Positions 17,965-26,975 of a stretch of 49,982 nucleotides of DNA are shown here, piece by piece; position 1 is the stretch's first letter; each line of letters opens with the position of its first letter. The stretch lies in assembly GCA_964236955.1 (NCBI GenBank), contig CAXSGP010000015.1, positions 1-49,982 of the forward strand, read 5' to 3'. The position numbers and the translations under genes are program-made. The stretch is from an uncultured Oligoflexus sp. GTDB lineage: Bacteria; Bdellovibrionota_B; Oligoflexia; Oligoflexales; Oligoflexaceae. The notes beneath the pieces were generated by a model, which ran no database searches, was not told the DNA's origin, and was given only the letters and a program-made list of their open reading frames with translations.

Positions 17965-19380
17965 ATGCCAAGTCTCTATATCAAAACTCTCGGTTGTAAG
18001 GTGAATACTTATGACACCCATGCTTTGGAAAACCAATTTAAGGCCTTAGGCTATACTATCGTCGAGAGTCCGGACTTGGCGACGGTCTCGGTATTGAATA
18101 CCTGCAGCGTCACGGAAAACGCCGACAGGGAAGCCCGTTATCTGCTCCGTCGCTTCCGTAGGGAGAACCCTGAAACCATCGTGGTGGCGACAGGCTGCTA
18201 CGCCCAGACCGATTCCCAGCGATTGGTCGATATGGATGAGGTTGATCTGGTTTTCCCCAATCAGACGAAAGACATAGTGGCCGAAGCCACCCATGACTTT
18301 GTCAAAAGACAAAGCAGCGGTTTGCCGGAGACTCGGGCCTCAAAACTGCCAGAGCATGTAAAAGCTGTGAGCGGCAATCGTCAGGGCCATTTCAAATCAG
18401 CCCTGACCATGCTGGAAGCGGATTCCACTCAGACCCGGGCTTTTTTAAAAATCCAGGACGGTTGCAATGGATTCTGCAGCTACTGCCTTATACCCTATGC
18501 AAGAGGAGCCTCTAGAAGTGTGGCGCCCGAGGAAGTAACCCGCGAAGTCCGTCGGCTCATCGAACTTGGTATCAAGGAAATCGTCTTCACCGGTATCCAT
18601 ATCGGTGATTATGGGGATGATCTGGGCCAGGAAAAAGGCTTTGTGCAACTGCTCGAAACGATTTTGAGCTGGCCGGATATGATCCGCATCCGCATCTCCT
18701 CGCTCGAACCGCGGGAGTTGACGGAAGACCTTTTGAAAGTCCTAAGCAGTCGCCCGGAACTTTTTTGCGATCATTTCCATTTGCCATTGCAGGCTGGCTC
18801 TGACCGCATTCTCAAACTTATGCGCAGAAGTTATGACTCCAGTCAGTATGCGGCTAACGTTGCTCTGGCTCGTAGCTATTTTCCCAAAGCAAATTTTGGT
18901 GCCGATATAATTCCGGGCTTTCCCTCGGAAACAAATGAAGATTTCGAAGAAACTATCGCCTTTATCAAAAGCTGCGACCTCAACTACCTTCACGTTTTCC
19001 CCTATTCCCAACGACCGAACACCGCAGCCGCGAAGATGGCTGGCCACCTGCCGGGTGACGTCGTCAAGCAGCGCTCGGCGAAGCTGCGGCAACTGTCGAT
19101 CGAACTTAAAGAAAATTATCTTCGAAAATTTATCGGCACCGAGACTCGGGTGCTTTGGGAAAAGGATACGGATGCCCAGGGCCGAGTCAAGGGTCACAGT
19201 ACCAATTATTTAGAGGTCTGTGCGCCCCAGCATAGCACGGTCCTCCCGGGGACTATCAATCGGGTCCTTATCAAAGGATTTGTCGAAGATCTCCGTTTGC
19301 TCGGGAAAGTCCTCGATCTTGAAGCACCTTCGCTGCCCCTTAACGCACCTTCCATGCCAGAGGCCGAAACGCAGGCTTAA
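17965..19380 (+). CDS. mtaB: tRNA t6A37 methylthiotransferase (radical SAM)
   Basis: TLGCKVN, NTCSVT, TGCYAQ, KIQDGCNGFCSYCLIPYARG, RIRISSLEP, LHVFPYS; start moved to ATG 17965. Confidence 0.93.
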   Translation: MPSLYIKTLGCKVNTYDTHALENQFKALGYTIVESPDLATVSVLNTCSVTENADREARYLLRRFRRENPETIVVATGCYAQTDSQRLVDMDEVDLVFPNQTKDIVAEATHDFVKRQSSGLPETRASKLPEHVKAVSGNRQGHFKSALTMLEADSTQTRAFLKIQDGCNGFCSYCLIPYARGASRSVAPEEVTREVRRLIELGIKEIVFTGIHIGDYGDDLGQEKGFVQLLETILSWPDMIRIRISSLEPRELTEDLLKVLSSRPELFCDHFHLPLQAGSDRILKLMRRSYDSSQYAANVALARSYFPKANFGADIIPGFPSETNEDFEETIAFIKSCDLNYLHVFPYSQRPNTAAAKMAGHLPGDVVKQRSAKLRQLSIELKENYLRKFIGTETRVLWEKDTDAQGRVKGHSTNYLEVCAPQHSTVLPGTINRVLIKGFVEDLRLLGKVLDLEAPSLPLNAPSMPEAETQA

Positions 19381-19856
19381 GAGGCCTTGGAGCTAACACA
19401 AAGTTTTGCAGCTTCCAATATTTTGTCGAAACCCGCCGACTTGTTGATGAAAGCCCTTACGCAACAGGGGCAGCGGGCAATCTCCTCACTCCGATCGCTG
19501 GCACTGATGAGTACCATCGGCATGTCATCAAGCAGACTGCTCATGTACTCGGCGATCTCTACGCCGTTGAGTGCACCCAAGTCGTAATCGATAATCGCGA
19601 CATCATAATTCCGGAGCAAACTTACAAATCCCAGTTCTGAAAGCGAATGGAAGGTATCGAGTTGGATACCCTCCAGCGCTGCCGAGCGCGCAAGTATCGC
19701 CGTATAACTGGGATCATCATCGATGAGTATCATTTTTGGAGGTCGGGCCGGGTCTGCCTTAAGGGGATGAGGCAGTTCAAGTGGACGTTCTGATTCTTTG
19801 CCCTGAGAGCTTGCCCTCTTGGCCTCGAAAGCCTCTTTAATATTTTGGGAAATCAT
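19377..19856 (-). CDS. Single-domain response regulator with N-terminal extension
   Basis: GGAGGAG RBS; LIDDD, AIIDYDL (phospho-Asp), LISA, INKS. Confidence 0.85.
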   Translation of the reverse strand: MISQNIKEAFEAKRASSQGKESERPLELPHPLKADPARPPKMILIDDDPSYTAILARSAALEGIQLDTFHSLSELGFVSLLRNYDVAIIDYDLGALNGVEIAEYMSSLLDDMPMVLISASDRSEEIARCPCCVRAFINKSAGFDKILEAAKLCVSSKAS

Positions 19857-20188
19857 AAGCGCTCCTCCGCATGCGTTTATCCTGAGTCAGGGGAACTGTC
19901 GCCGGTCCAGTCCAAACAAACCTGAGGACGAGGACCGCTTGGCTCTATCTCGCGCTAGCGAGAGTCATCCGCTGCATGCCACCCTCGCGCCCGCTGCGCT
20001 TCAACTTTATCCCTATGGCTTCCATTATTTCTGACAAAAGGAGTTCACTTTTTACATTACACTTTAATAGATGTGATTTTCATAAATTCATTATTTTTTT
20101 ACGGAAGAATTGTGGGACAATGTCTGGGCAGCAGGCGGTCGATCAATCGTGGATAGATTCGCTCCTTTTTTTTCCGGGAGAATGGGTT

Positions 20189-20704
20189 GTGTATAAACTT
20201 TGGGAATTCGAAGGCTATCACCAGAATATTTTCAAGGTCGAAGCCGGATTTACCAAACAAGATTCAGGATTCAGGCTTGAATATCGCCTGTCCGGCCCCC
20301 TGGATCAGCTGATCATCCCTGACAAGGCTCCGACTTCGTCGTTTCGTGATGAACTCTGGAAACACACATGTTTTGAGGCTTTTTTTCAAGATAGTAAAAG
20401 TCAGGCCTACTGGGAACTCAATTTTAGCCCCAGCCGGGAATGGGCGATCTATCGCTTTAAAAATTATCGCGAGCGGATTGAGGCGGATATCTCAAAGTTC
20501 ATATTGGTGATTCAACAGGAACGTTACCCAGGAGAGGTCGTGATAAAAGTCGATATCAAGCCGACCGGGATTGTCGCGGTCGGCCGGGTGGGCCTAAGCT
20601 GCGTTCTTGAGCACAGCACAGAAGCTAAAAGCTATTGGGCACTCCGGCATAGCGAGGAAAAACCTGATTTTCATGCTTCCGAAAGCTTCATTCTCAGCGT
20701 TTGA
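20189..20704 (+). CDS. DOMON-like domain protein
   Basis: DELWKHTCFEAF, YWELNFSPSREW, SYWALRH..KPDFH; GTG 20189 after GGGAG. Confidence 0.8.
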   Translation: MYKLWEFEGYHQNIFKVEAGFTKQDSGFRLEYRLSGPLDQLIIPDKAPTSSFRDELWKHTCFEAFFQDSKSQAYWELNFSPSREWAIYRFKNYRERIEADISKFILVIQQERYPGEVVIKVDIKPTGIVAVGRVGLSCVLEHSTEAKSYWALRHSEEKPDFHASESFILSV

Positions 20705-20779
20705 AGGAAGCATGAGGCTCTCCGGAGCTTGGTATCAAGGCTCGGGAGTGAAAAGCTTCGGCCGCAATTGTCTCTTATT

Positions 20780-21160
20780 CTACCGAGAGACCAGATCCTG
20801 TCGGTTACCCTTGCTACTTGGAACTTCCTTGACAAAGCTTAGGCAGGACGTTCGATCACCGCTCCATTGCCCGCCCCGCACCGTTCCCGTGATGTCGACG
20901 GTAAAGACCACCGCACAGGAATTTTTCTGCCTGCTTTTCGCTTTGTACTGAAGAAACCGCAGGCCGAGGCCCATGTCCTCAGTTTTGGAGGCGATTCCCC
21001 AATGCTTTTCCAAAAAATCCCGCGGCAAACCCAACCAGGTCTGAACCCGTCGCTGGATGACATCGGGGGCTTTTTTAGCTTGAAGGGCCGAAGCTGTGGT
21101 AACACAGGAAGTCAGAAGGGACGATAAAATCAATAGACCTACCGCCCATGAACTGCGCAT
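20780..21160 (-). CDS. Small lipoprotein
   Basis: GAGG RBS; lipobox LLTSC; WLG...WG motif and Cys pair. Confidence 0.7.
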   Translation of the reverse strand: MRSSWAVGLLILSSLLTSCVTTASALQAKKAPDVIQRRVQTWLGLPRDFLEKHWGIASKTEDMGLGLRFLQYKAKSRQKNSCAVVFTVDITGTVRGGQWSGDRTSCLSFVKEVPSSKGNRQDLVSR

Positions 21161-21279
21161 AGTAATCGCCTCGCCTCTCAACTGTTGATGTACTTCCATC
21201 TTAGCAGAAAGGATCAAGGGATAAAACGGGGCGACCCGTCAACCCGAAAAAGCAAGCCGGCCCAGCGCTCCCGAAGACT

Positions 21280-22770
21280 CTAGACTTCACCGCCCAAAGC
21301 GATAAGGCGGACCCCTTCAAGCACGAGATCGCTTCGGTATTCACCTTTGATATAACGACCCAAAATCTCGCCGTCACCGCCGGTAAGCAAGATGCGGGGG
21401 GCATCCCCCTCACGCGCCATTTCCCGGAGCAGGTATTCGATCAGGGCCAGCGACTCATGGAGGATTCCGGAAATCATCGCACCCCGGGTATCGTGACCAA
21501 AAAGGGGAAGATCGTCAGGGAGAGGCTCCTCAAAAATTTTGATGAGCGGCAACCGATCGGTCCTCAGATGAAGGGAATTTAACTTCGTCTGTAGTCCCGG
21601 CAGAATGTATCCACCTAGATAGCGGCCCCGGCCACTCAATGCTTCGACGGTAATACAGGTCCCTGCGCTCACAACCAATACGGGAACGTCCCGATACTGA
21701 TGTCTTGCCGCTTCTGAGAGGGCGACGCGGTCGATACCGAGTTGAGCAAAATGATACAAAGAGAAATCGACCCGCAAGGGCCGCTTGGGAAGTTCCACCA
21801 GACTGATTTGATGCGGTTTCAGGAGATCGGAAAGCTTTTCCCAAGGCCTTGAGGCCACTGCGATGCCATGGGCGACCCAGGGTCTGGGATGCTTGAGGGT
21901 CGCTAGGAATTTATCAAAGGTCTCGGCATGCTCGGGATCCCGAAGATCGATTTTCAGGACCTTGGCTTCGCCTCGCCTGGCATGGTCATAATAGGCCAGT
22001 TTTATAAGGCTGTTACCGATATCGGCAATCATAAGAGGCAGCGCCTCTGCCAGTTGATAGATCCAGCGATAGCCATGTGAGGCGGTGCTGATCGCTTCAA
22101 CATTGTCCTGCCCTACCTGGGAAAGCTGCAGGATACCATCTTCCGTTACCGTTTTGAGTGTTCGAAGCTGACCTTGATCGCTCTTCCAAAGCTGACCTTT
22201 TTCCAGGGCATAAGCACCATATGTCTTGAGCCAGCCTTTTTCCTTCAAACGACTTTCAATAAAAAGGCAAAGCGCGGTGCCCAGTCTGAGAGCGTGATCG
22301 GCCGCTCCAGTCCCGATAATACCCTCGACCGACACGCTCTCCTGCTCGATGACGACTGGCGCCTTGTGCAGATTCATACCGATTCCGATGAGAACCGGCC
22401 CCCAGTCGTTGCCTTGCAAACGGCTTTCACAGAGGATGCCAGCGAGTTTACGTCCCGCGAAAAGAAGATCGTTTGGCCATTTGATGGTGACGCGAATCCC
22501 AAAGGTCGAATGGATAAAATCAGCAGTCTGGGCGGCGACCCAGAGAGGGAGGCTGCCGCGATGCAGCGGTAAGGGATGAAGTTCGGGAGGCAATGCCAGA
22601 GTCAGATAGAGGCCGCCCTCGGGGCTTTCCCACTGCCGGCCCGAACGGCCCCGGCCAGCCGTTTGCGAGGTGGCGATGACGGCAAAAGGTGGAACCTCAG
22701 CCTTGCTGTCGATCTGTCTGGTGGCAAAGCTGGAGGTCGAATCAAGGCTATCAAAAGCCAGTATTTTCAT
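21280..22770 (-). CDS. birA-coaX: Bifunctional biotin-protein ligase / type III pantothenate kinase
   Basis: N-half: QTAGRGRSGRQWESP, IKWPND, KLAGIL, GIGMN, no HTH; C-half: DIGNS, LGIDR, AGTCIT, GGYILPG, TGGDG. Confidence 0.92.
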   Translation of the reverse strand: MKILAFDSLDSTSSFATRQIDSKAEVPPFAVIATSQTAGRGRSGRQWESPEGGLYLTLALPPELHPLPLHRGSLPLWVAAQTADFIHSTFGIRVTIKWPNDLLFAGRKLAGILCESRLQGNDWGPVLIGIGMNLHKAPVVIEQESVSVEGIIGTGAADHALRLGTALCLFIESRLKEKGWLKTYGAYALEKGQLWKSDQGQLRTLKTVTEDGILQLSQVGQDNVEAISTASHGYRWIYQLAEALPLMIADIGNSLIKLAYYDHARRGEAKVLKIDLRDPEHAETFDKFLATLKHPRPWVAHGIAVASRPWEKLSDLLKPHQISLVELPKRPLRVDFSLYHFAQLGIDRVALSEAARHQYRDVPVLVVSAGTCITVEALSGRGRYLGGYILPGLQTKLNSLHLRTDRLPLIKIFEEPLPDDLPLFGHDTRGAMISGILHESLALIEYLLREMAREGDAPRILLTGGDGEILGRYIKGEYRSDLVLEGVRLIALGGEV

Positions 22771-23609
22771 AGGTCAAAAAGCAGCGAAAGATCCGACCAT
22801 CGCGCCGCGGTGATGATAGAGCTCGTGGAAATAAAGTTGACGCCGGTTTCAGCGATAGCCCTGACGTTATGCAATCGCACATTGCCCGAAGCTTCGATGA
22901 TAGCTTTGCCATTTACTAGCTTCACGGCCTCGCGCATTTCTTCTATGCCCATGTTATCGAACATGATGATGTCAGCGCCGGCGGCCAGGGCTTCTTTGAC
23001 CTCCGCGAGATTGGTCGTCTCCACTTCGATCTTTAAAGTTGGCGGCAGGCCCTCCTGCAGACGATTGACGGCAGCAGTGATGCCACCGGCTGCGCGAATG
23101 TGATTTTCTTTGACAAGGGCCCCATCACATAATCCAAAGCGGTGATTTCTGGCTCCGCCAAGGACGGTCGCCGATTTCTCGAGAATACGCAGTCCCGGTG
23201 TGGTTTTTCTGGTATCAAGCAGCTGTGTCTTCGTGCCTTCCAGGGCTTTGACAAATTCACGCGTGATCGTCGCGATACCACACATGCGTCCCATCAGATT
23301 GAGCGCAACACGTTCGCCTTTGAGAATCGACCGGGCCCGGCCGGAGACGGCCAAAAACTCAGTACGATCCTTAGCGAACTGGCCATTTTCCACCTTAATC
23401 TGTATATCGAGTTCCGGATCCACTTTCCGAAAGACAGCGGCAGCAACGTCGAGACCGGCGGCAATACAATCTTCTTTGCAGATGATGCGGGCCCGCGCTT
23501 TGCGGCCTTTTTCCACACAAAGGTCGGTCGTCCAGTCGCCATAGCCCCAGTCTTCTTCCAAGGCTCGTTCAATGATAGGTTCGATTTGTATACCGTGCAG
23601 TTCATGCAT
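22767..23609 (-). CDS. nadC: Quinolinate phosphoribosyltransferase
   Basis: GERVALN, DTRKTTPGLR, NHRFGL, KENH, EVET, FDNM, EASGN; start likely ATG 23609. Confidence 0.96.
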   Translation of the reverse strand: MHELHGIQIEPIIERALEEDWGYGDWTTDLCVEKGRKARARIICKEDCIAAGLDVAAAVFRKVDPELDIQIKVENGQFAKDRTEFLAVSGRARSILKGERVALNLMGRMCGIATITREFVKALEGTKTQLLDTRKTTPGLRILEKSATVLGGARNHRFGLCDGALVKENHIRAAGGITAAVNRLQEGLPPTLKIEVETTNLAEVKEALAAGADIIMFDNMGIEEMREAVKLVNGKAIIEASGNVRLHNVRAIAETGVNFISTSSIITAARWSDLSLLFDL

Positions 23610-23677
23610 ATGACGTCCCCCCATTGCGGTCGTATCGACCATTTCCGCAGAACCGTGGGACTCTGCAAGAAAGCAAT

Positions 23678-24691
23678 CTATTTGTCAACGAGCAGCCTCG
23701 AGCGCTCCTGCGACAGCTTGTCGATTTCGCGCATCAAAAACTCACGAGCCAATTCGGTAAAATGTTTTCGGCAGTATTCTTCGACGGATTGACGCACTAA
23801 TTTCGACATTTCTTCCTGAAGCATGGGCTCCAGCATACCGCTGAGCGGTGAGGAGATGTAGGCCGTATCCTCATTCGATGCACCAAAACGCTCGCTCGGA
23901 CCCTTATAAATGCCTGAGTTCAACGGACTCGTTTCCTGGTGGATGGGCGGCAGGGAGGCCGCTATCGGCTCTTCCCTTGCCGCTTGTAACTGCGCCTCCC
24001 GTTCCACTTCCGGATGATAGGGCTTGGCCTTAAACTGTTCCGGGCGGAAAGCCTGCGCTTCAAAGGGATCGATGCCAAAGGGTTCGGGACGGACGGGTTC
24101 AACCTTAGTTTCCGGCCGGGCCTCCGTCTCCGCCTTGTTAAAATATTCAAGGCCAAGGTCAAAGGTATCGGTTTTGCGGAAAGAGCTGGTGAATTCTTCC
24201 ACAAAGTTTCGTGTGACGGCGGGTGGCGGGGGCGGTGGTGAATCTTTGGGCTCATCGTGAAAAGAAAATGTCGAGGGCACCACTTGAGCCGGGGGCGCAG
24301 CCTTTTCCTCGCTGTATCGATGGGGAATGGGCCGACCCAGTGCTTCCCGCGTGATCGCGATAAGCTGCGCGGCATCGAAAGGCTTTTTTAGAAAAAAGCG
24401 GAACCCGGCGCCACGGAATTGGTTCTCATCGATATGATCGTAGCTGCCTTCCAGGATGACGAAAGCCGATTTGGGCGACGTTTGATGCAGCCGACTAAAA
24501 TCATGCACGCTTTGCACACCCGCTAAGGCCGCATCGACGATGACCAGACTCGATGGGGTACTGACCAATTCGCGCAGGGCTTCCTGCACGCTATCGGCTT
24601 CGGTGATGAGCACATCATAATCCTGAAAGGCTAGTTTGATCACCCGTTGTATCGTCGCAGAATCGTCGATGACCAACCACTTTTCTGCCAT
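23678..24691 (-). CDS. RomR-like response regulator (receiver, Pro/Glu-rich linker, helical RomR-C-like domain)
   Basis: DDSATIQRVIKLAF, ILEGSYDHIDENQ, KKPFD resemble the RomR receiver; C-terminal VEEYCRKHFTELAREFLMREIDKL; GAGGAG RBS at ATG 24691. Confidence 0.75.
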   Translation of the reverse strand: MAEKWLVIDDSATIQRVIKLAFQDYDVLITEADSVQEALRELVSTPSSLVIVDAALAGVQSVHDFSRLHQTSPKSAFVILEGSYDHIDENQFRGAGFRFFLKKPFDAAQLIAITREALGRPIPHRYSEEKAAPPAQVVPSTFSFHDEPKDSPPPPPPAVTRNFVEEFTSSFRKTDTFDLGLEYFNKAETEARPETKVEPVRPEPFGIDPFEAQAFRPEQFKAKPYHPEVEREAQLQAAREEPIAASLPPIHQETSPLNSGIYKGPSERFGASNEDTAYISSPLSGMLEPMLQEEMSKLVRQSVEEYCRKHFTELAREFLMREIDKLSQERSRLLVDK

Positions 24692-24846
24692 GACCGTCTC
24701 CTCAAAGCATGTTCCCAGGACCCGAACCGCGCCCAGAATGATGGTCCATTCTATCAGACTTCGGCTTCGGCTTAGACCGTATTTTTGAGGAAAGCGGAAA
24801 AATGCCTGGGGCCAGGCCTTGAGCTGGGAAAAACCATTGGCAAAGG

Positions 24847-24873
24847 AAAAAGGCCCCGAGAGCTCGGGGCTTT
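24847..24873 (-). terminator. Intrinsic terminator after the 101-aa orphan
   Basis: GCCCCGA/TCGGGGC stem with T-run on the minus strand. Confidence 0.8.
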
Positions 24874-24902
24874 CACACACTCTTAGGGCAGTGGATTGAA
24901 AT

Positions 24903-25208
24903 TCAGCAGGCTTTGCGACAGTCGAGCTTTTCGTTGACCGCGACCAGAATAAGGTTGCGGACGTGGCCGAAGTTCTCTTTGATCGCACGTAGGATCAGAT
25001 GGTAATCATCCCACGAGAAGTGCGAACTGCGTTTTTTGCTATTGAGTTCCTTGAAGCACTTGATACGCAGATTCTCCAAATAGACTGCTTTGGATTCATA
25101 GAGACTCTTCAGGGTTTCTGCATCTAGCCCTTCAGCCAATATAGGCTTAATAAGCTCCCCCATAATTTCTCGATAGGTCTCGTAATCTGTCGCTGTACAC
25201 TCAGCCAT
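24903..25208 (-). CDS. Hypothetical helical protein, 101 aa
   Basis: GGGAG RBS before ATG 25208; has its own promoter candidate and terminator. Confidence 0.75.
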   Translation of the reverse strand: MAECTATDYETYREIMGELIKPILAEGLDAETLKSLYESKAVYLENLRIKCFKELNSKKRSSHFSWDDYHLILRAIKENFGHVRNLILVAVNEKLDCRKAC

Positions 25209-25247
25209 ATGCGCTCCCTGCTTCAGGTCCAATGCTCTATATTTTCC

Positions 25248-25274
25248 TTCTCGTCAAAAAAGCCTAAAACTTAA
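25248..25274 (-). promoter_or_regulatory. sigma28-like promoter
   Basis: Minus strand TTAA-N15-GACGAGAA (TTAAGTTT extended -35), 40 nt before ATG. Confidence 0.55.
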
Positions 25275-25360
25275 GATGTCAGTTAGAAATACCCTTTAGA
25301 CATAGCCCAAATTTTCTATGTTATGGCAGCGTTACTGCCGGGTTTGACTGCGATGCATTC

Positions 25361-25389
25361 TTGCCACTCGGTTTTGAATCACTTAGAAT
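25361..25389 (+). promoter_or_regulatory. sigma70-type promoter for the RdgC-like gene
   Basis: TTGCCA-N17-TAGAAT. Confidence 0.6.
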
Positions 25390-25435
25390 ACCAGTCACAT
25401 CAGAATTCTGACGAGATTGACAGGAGCACCTATCC

Positions 25436-26107
25436 GTGGGCTTTCAAAATGGAAGTTTTTCCCTTACCCGCTATCGAGTTTATGGCCGTGAAAAACGGCT
25501 AAGCGTTGGGGAACTCAACGGGAAATTTGCAAGCTACCAGGCCGGCCCTTTGCAATTGCAAAACTCAGGCAAGGAACTTGAATATGCGTGGGTCCTGCCG
25601 GAAAATCCCGAACTTGACGACAGAAAAGCGACAGAGGACAACTGGACTCTGAGCGACTGCCTTTTTGAGGATGGTATACTTCTTCGCATTCGTGTGGAAA
25701 AACGCACAGTTCCAACTCAGCTCCTCAACATCGTCGCCAACCGCCGCTGGCTGGAAACCAAGGCTGAGGAAGAGGATAGGAAAGCCGAGGAAAGAGTCCA
25801 GAAAAAACAAATCGTCGATGAAGTGAAGGAAGAGCTCCTGCGGATGAGCCTGCCCGCTCTAAGCCATATCGACGCATTCTGGAAAGATCAGGACGATAGC
25901 ATTTATCTTTTTTCGCAGGGTAAATCGGCTCGTGAATGCTTTGAGGATCTCTTCCGCAAAAGTTTTGGGCACCAGCATAATTTGACCCTTGTCCGTATTC
26001 TTCCCCCGGTTATGGGGCTTGATATCTGGAATGGCGGCAACACCGAAATTCTGGAAAAGATCCGCCAGACACTGCCGGGTGGGATGACAGGAATGGAAAC
26101 GTCCTGA
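25436..26107 (+). CDS. Short RdgC-like (recombination-associated) protein
   Basis: AGGAG RBS and GTG; MGFQNGSFSLTRYRV, LRIRVEKRTVP, FEDLFRKSF resemble delta-proteobacterial RdgC-family proteins. Confidence 0.7.
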   Translation: MGFQNGSFSLTRYRVYGREKRLSVGELNGKFASYQAGPLQLQNSGKELEYAWVLPENPELDDRKATEDNWTLSDCLFEDGILLRIRVEKRTVPTQLLNIVANRRWLETKAEEEDRKAEERVQKKQIVDEVKEELLRMSLPALSHIDAFWKDQDDSIYLFSQGKSARECFEDLFRKSFGHQHNLTLVRILPPVMGLDIWNGGNTEILEKIRQTLPGGMTGMETS

Positions 26108-26234
26108 TCTCCAGATTAAATACTTTGAGCTAAGTACTTAAACTTTATGACGAAGAATGCTAATTCGTTCGAGTGGCATCGAATTCTACGGCGACCCCAG
26201 GCAGGGGCGTGAGCTTTCAAGAGGAGAAACTGCG

Positions 26235-26843
26235 ATGGTTGAGGATTCAGTGGTTGCCGAGAAAAGCCTAACGATCAGAATCGGGGAATGGTTTTTCAAA
26301 TGTCGCGACTATACACCTATTCCTCTCATCATCCTGCTTTTGATTTTTTCCCGAGCGACGGCTTTCTCAGCAACTCTCGGTCTGATTCTCATATGCTTTG
26401 GTGAGCTCTTCAGAATCTACAGCGTGGCGTTTATCGGCACAGTCTCGCGTACCCGGAGTCACAGCACAGGTCAAAAACTGATTACCTCTGGCCCCTTTAG
26501 CTATGTTCGTAACCCTCTTTATGTCGGGAATTTTGGAATTACCGCTGGCATCGCCTTGCTTGGCGCGAACCTTTGGATCTTCATCGCGACGGTGATTTTA
26601 TTCTGTGTTCAGTATTATTTCATCGTAAGGTTTGAAGAGGATTTGCTCTTGGAGCGCTTTGGCGAGGAGTATGCGGAGTTTATGCGCACGACGCCACGGT
26701 GGATGCCCGCCCGCTTGCCGAAGCTTGATCAGATCGAATGGCCGGATAATTTTTCGCCTTCCCTGAAGAGTGAGAAGCACACGCTTCGTACTATCCTTAT
26801 TTTAAGCCTCGTGCTTTCTTTGGTCGGAACTCTCGTTCATTGA
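26235..26843 (+). CDS. Isoprenylcysteine carboxyl methyltransferase / PEMT-family membrane methyltransferase
   Basis: LITSGPFSYVRNPLYVG, EEDLLLERFGEEY, PRWMP; GAGGAG RBS. Confidence 0.88.
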   Translation: MVEDSVVAEKSLTIRIGEWFFKCRDYTPIPLIILLLIFSRATAFSATLGLILICFGELFRIYSVAFIGTVSRTRSHSTGQKLITSGPFSYVRNPLYVGNFGITAGIALLGANLWIFIATVILFCVQYYFIVRFEEDLLLERFGEEYAEFMRTTPRWMPARLPKLDQIEWPDNFSPSLKSEKHTLRTILILSLVLSLVGTLVH

Positions 26844-26852
26844 ACCATCGAT

Positions 26853-26894
26853 TGCAAAGACAATCCCCAATCGCTTGAGTGGGGATGTTTTGCA
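26853..26894. terminator. Imperfect hairpin between convergent genes
   Basis: TGCAAAGACAATCCCCA / TGGGGATGTTTTGCA. Confidence 0.5.
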
Positions 26895-26975
26895 GGGCGC
26901 CCTTGATAAAAAGCCGCGGGCATTCTTAGATGGATAGTCAGGGGATAAACGGCAGGTGCCCACCCCCGGTTGGCC

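Noticed and set aside
23678..24988. N-terminal extensions in the ORF track (e.g. the 436-aa version of the RomR-like gene; also 5301..6224, 17875, 19976, 42763..43683)
   Set aside because: The extensions overlap neighbouring genes, promoters or terminators; downstream starts have better RBS and homology support
26130..26156. CTAA-N15-GACGAAGA as a seventh sigma28 site
   Set aside because: Both boxes deviate from consensus and it is ~80 nt from the likely start; too weak to list
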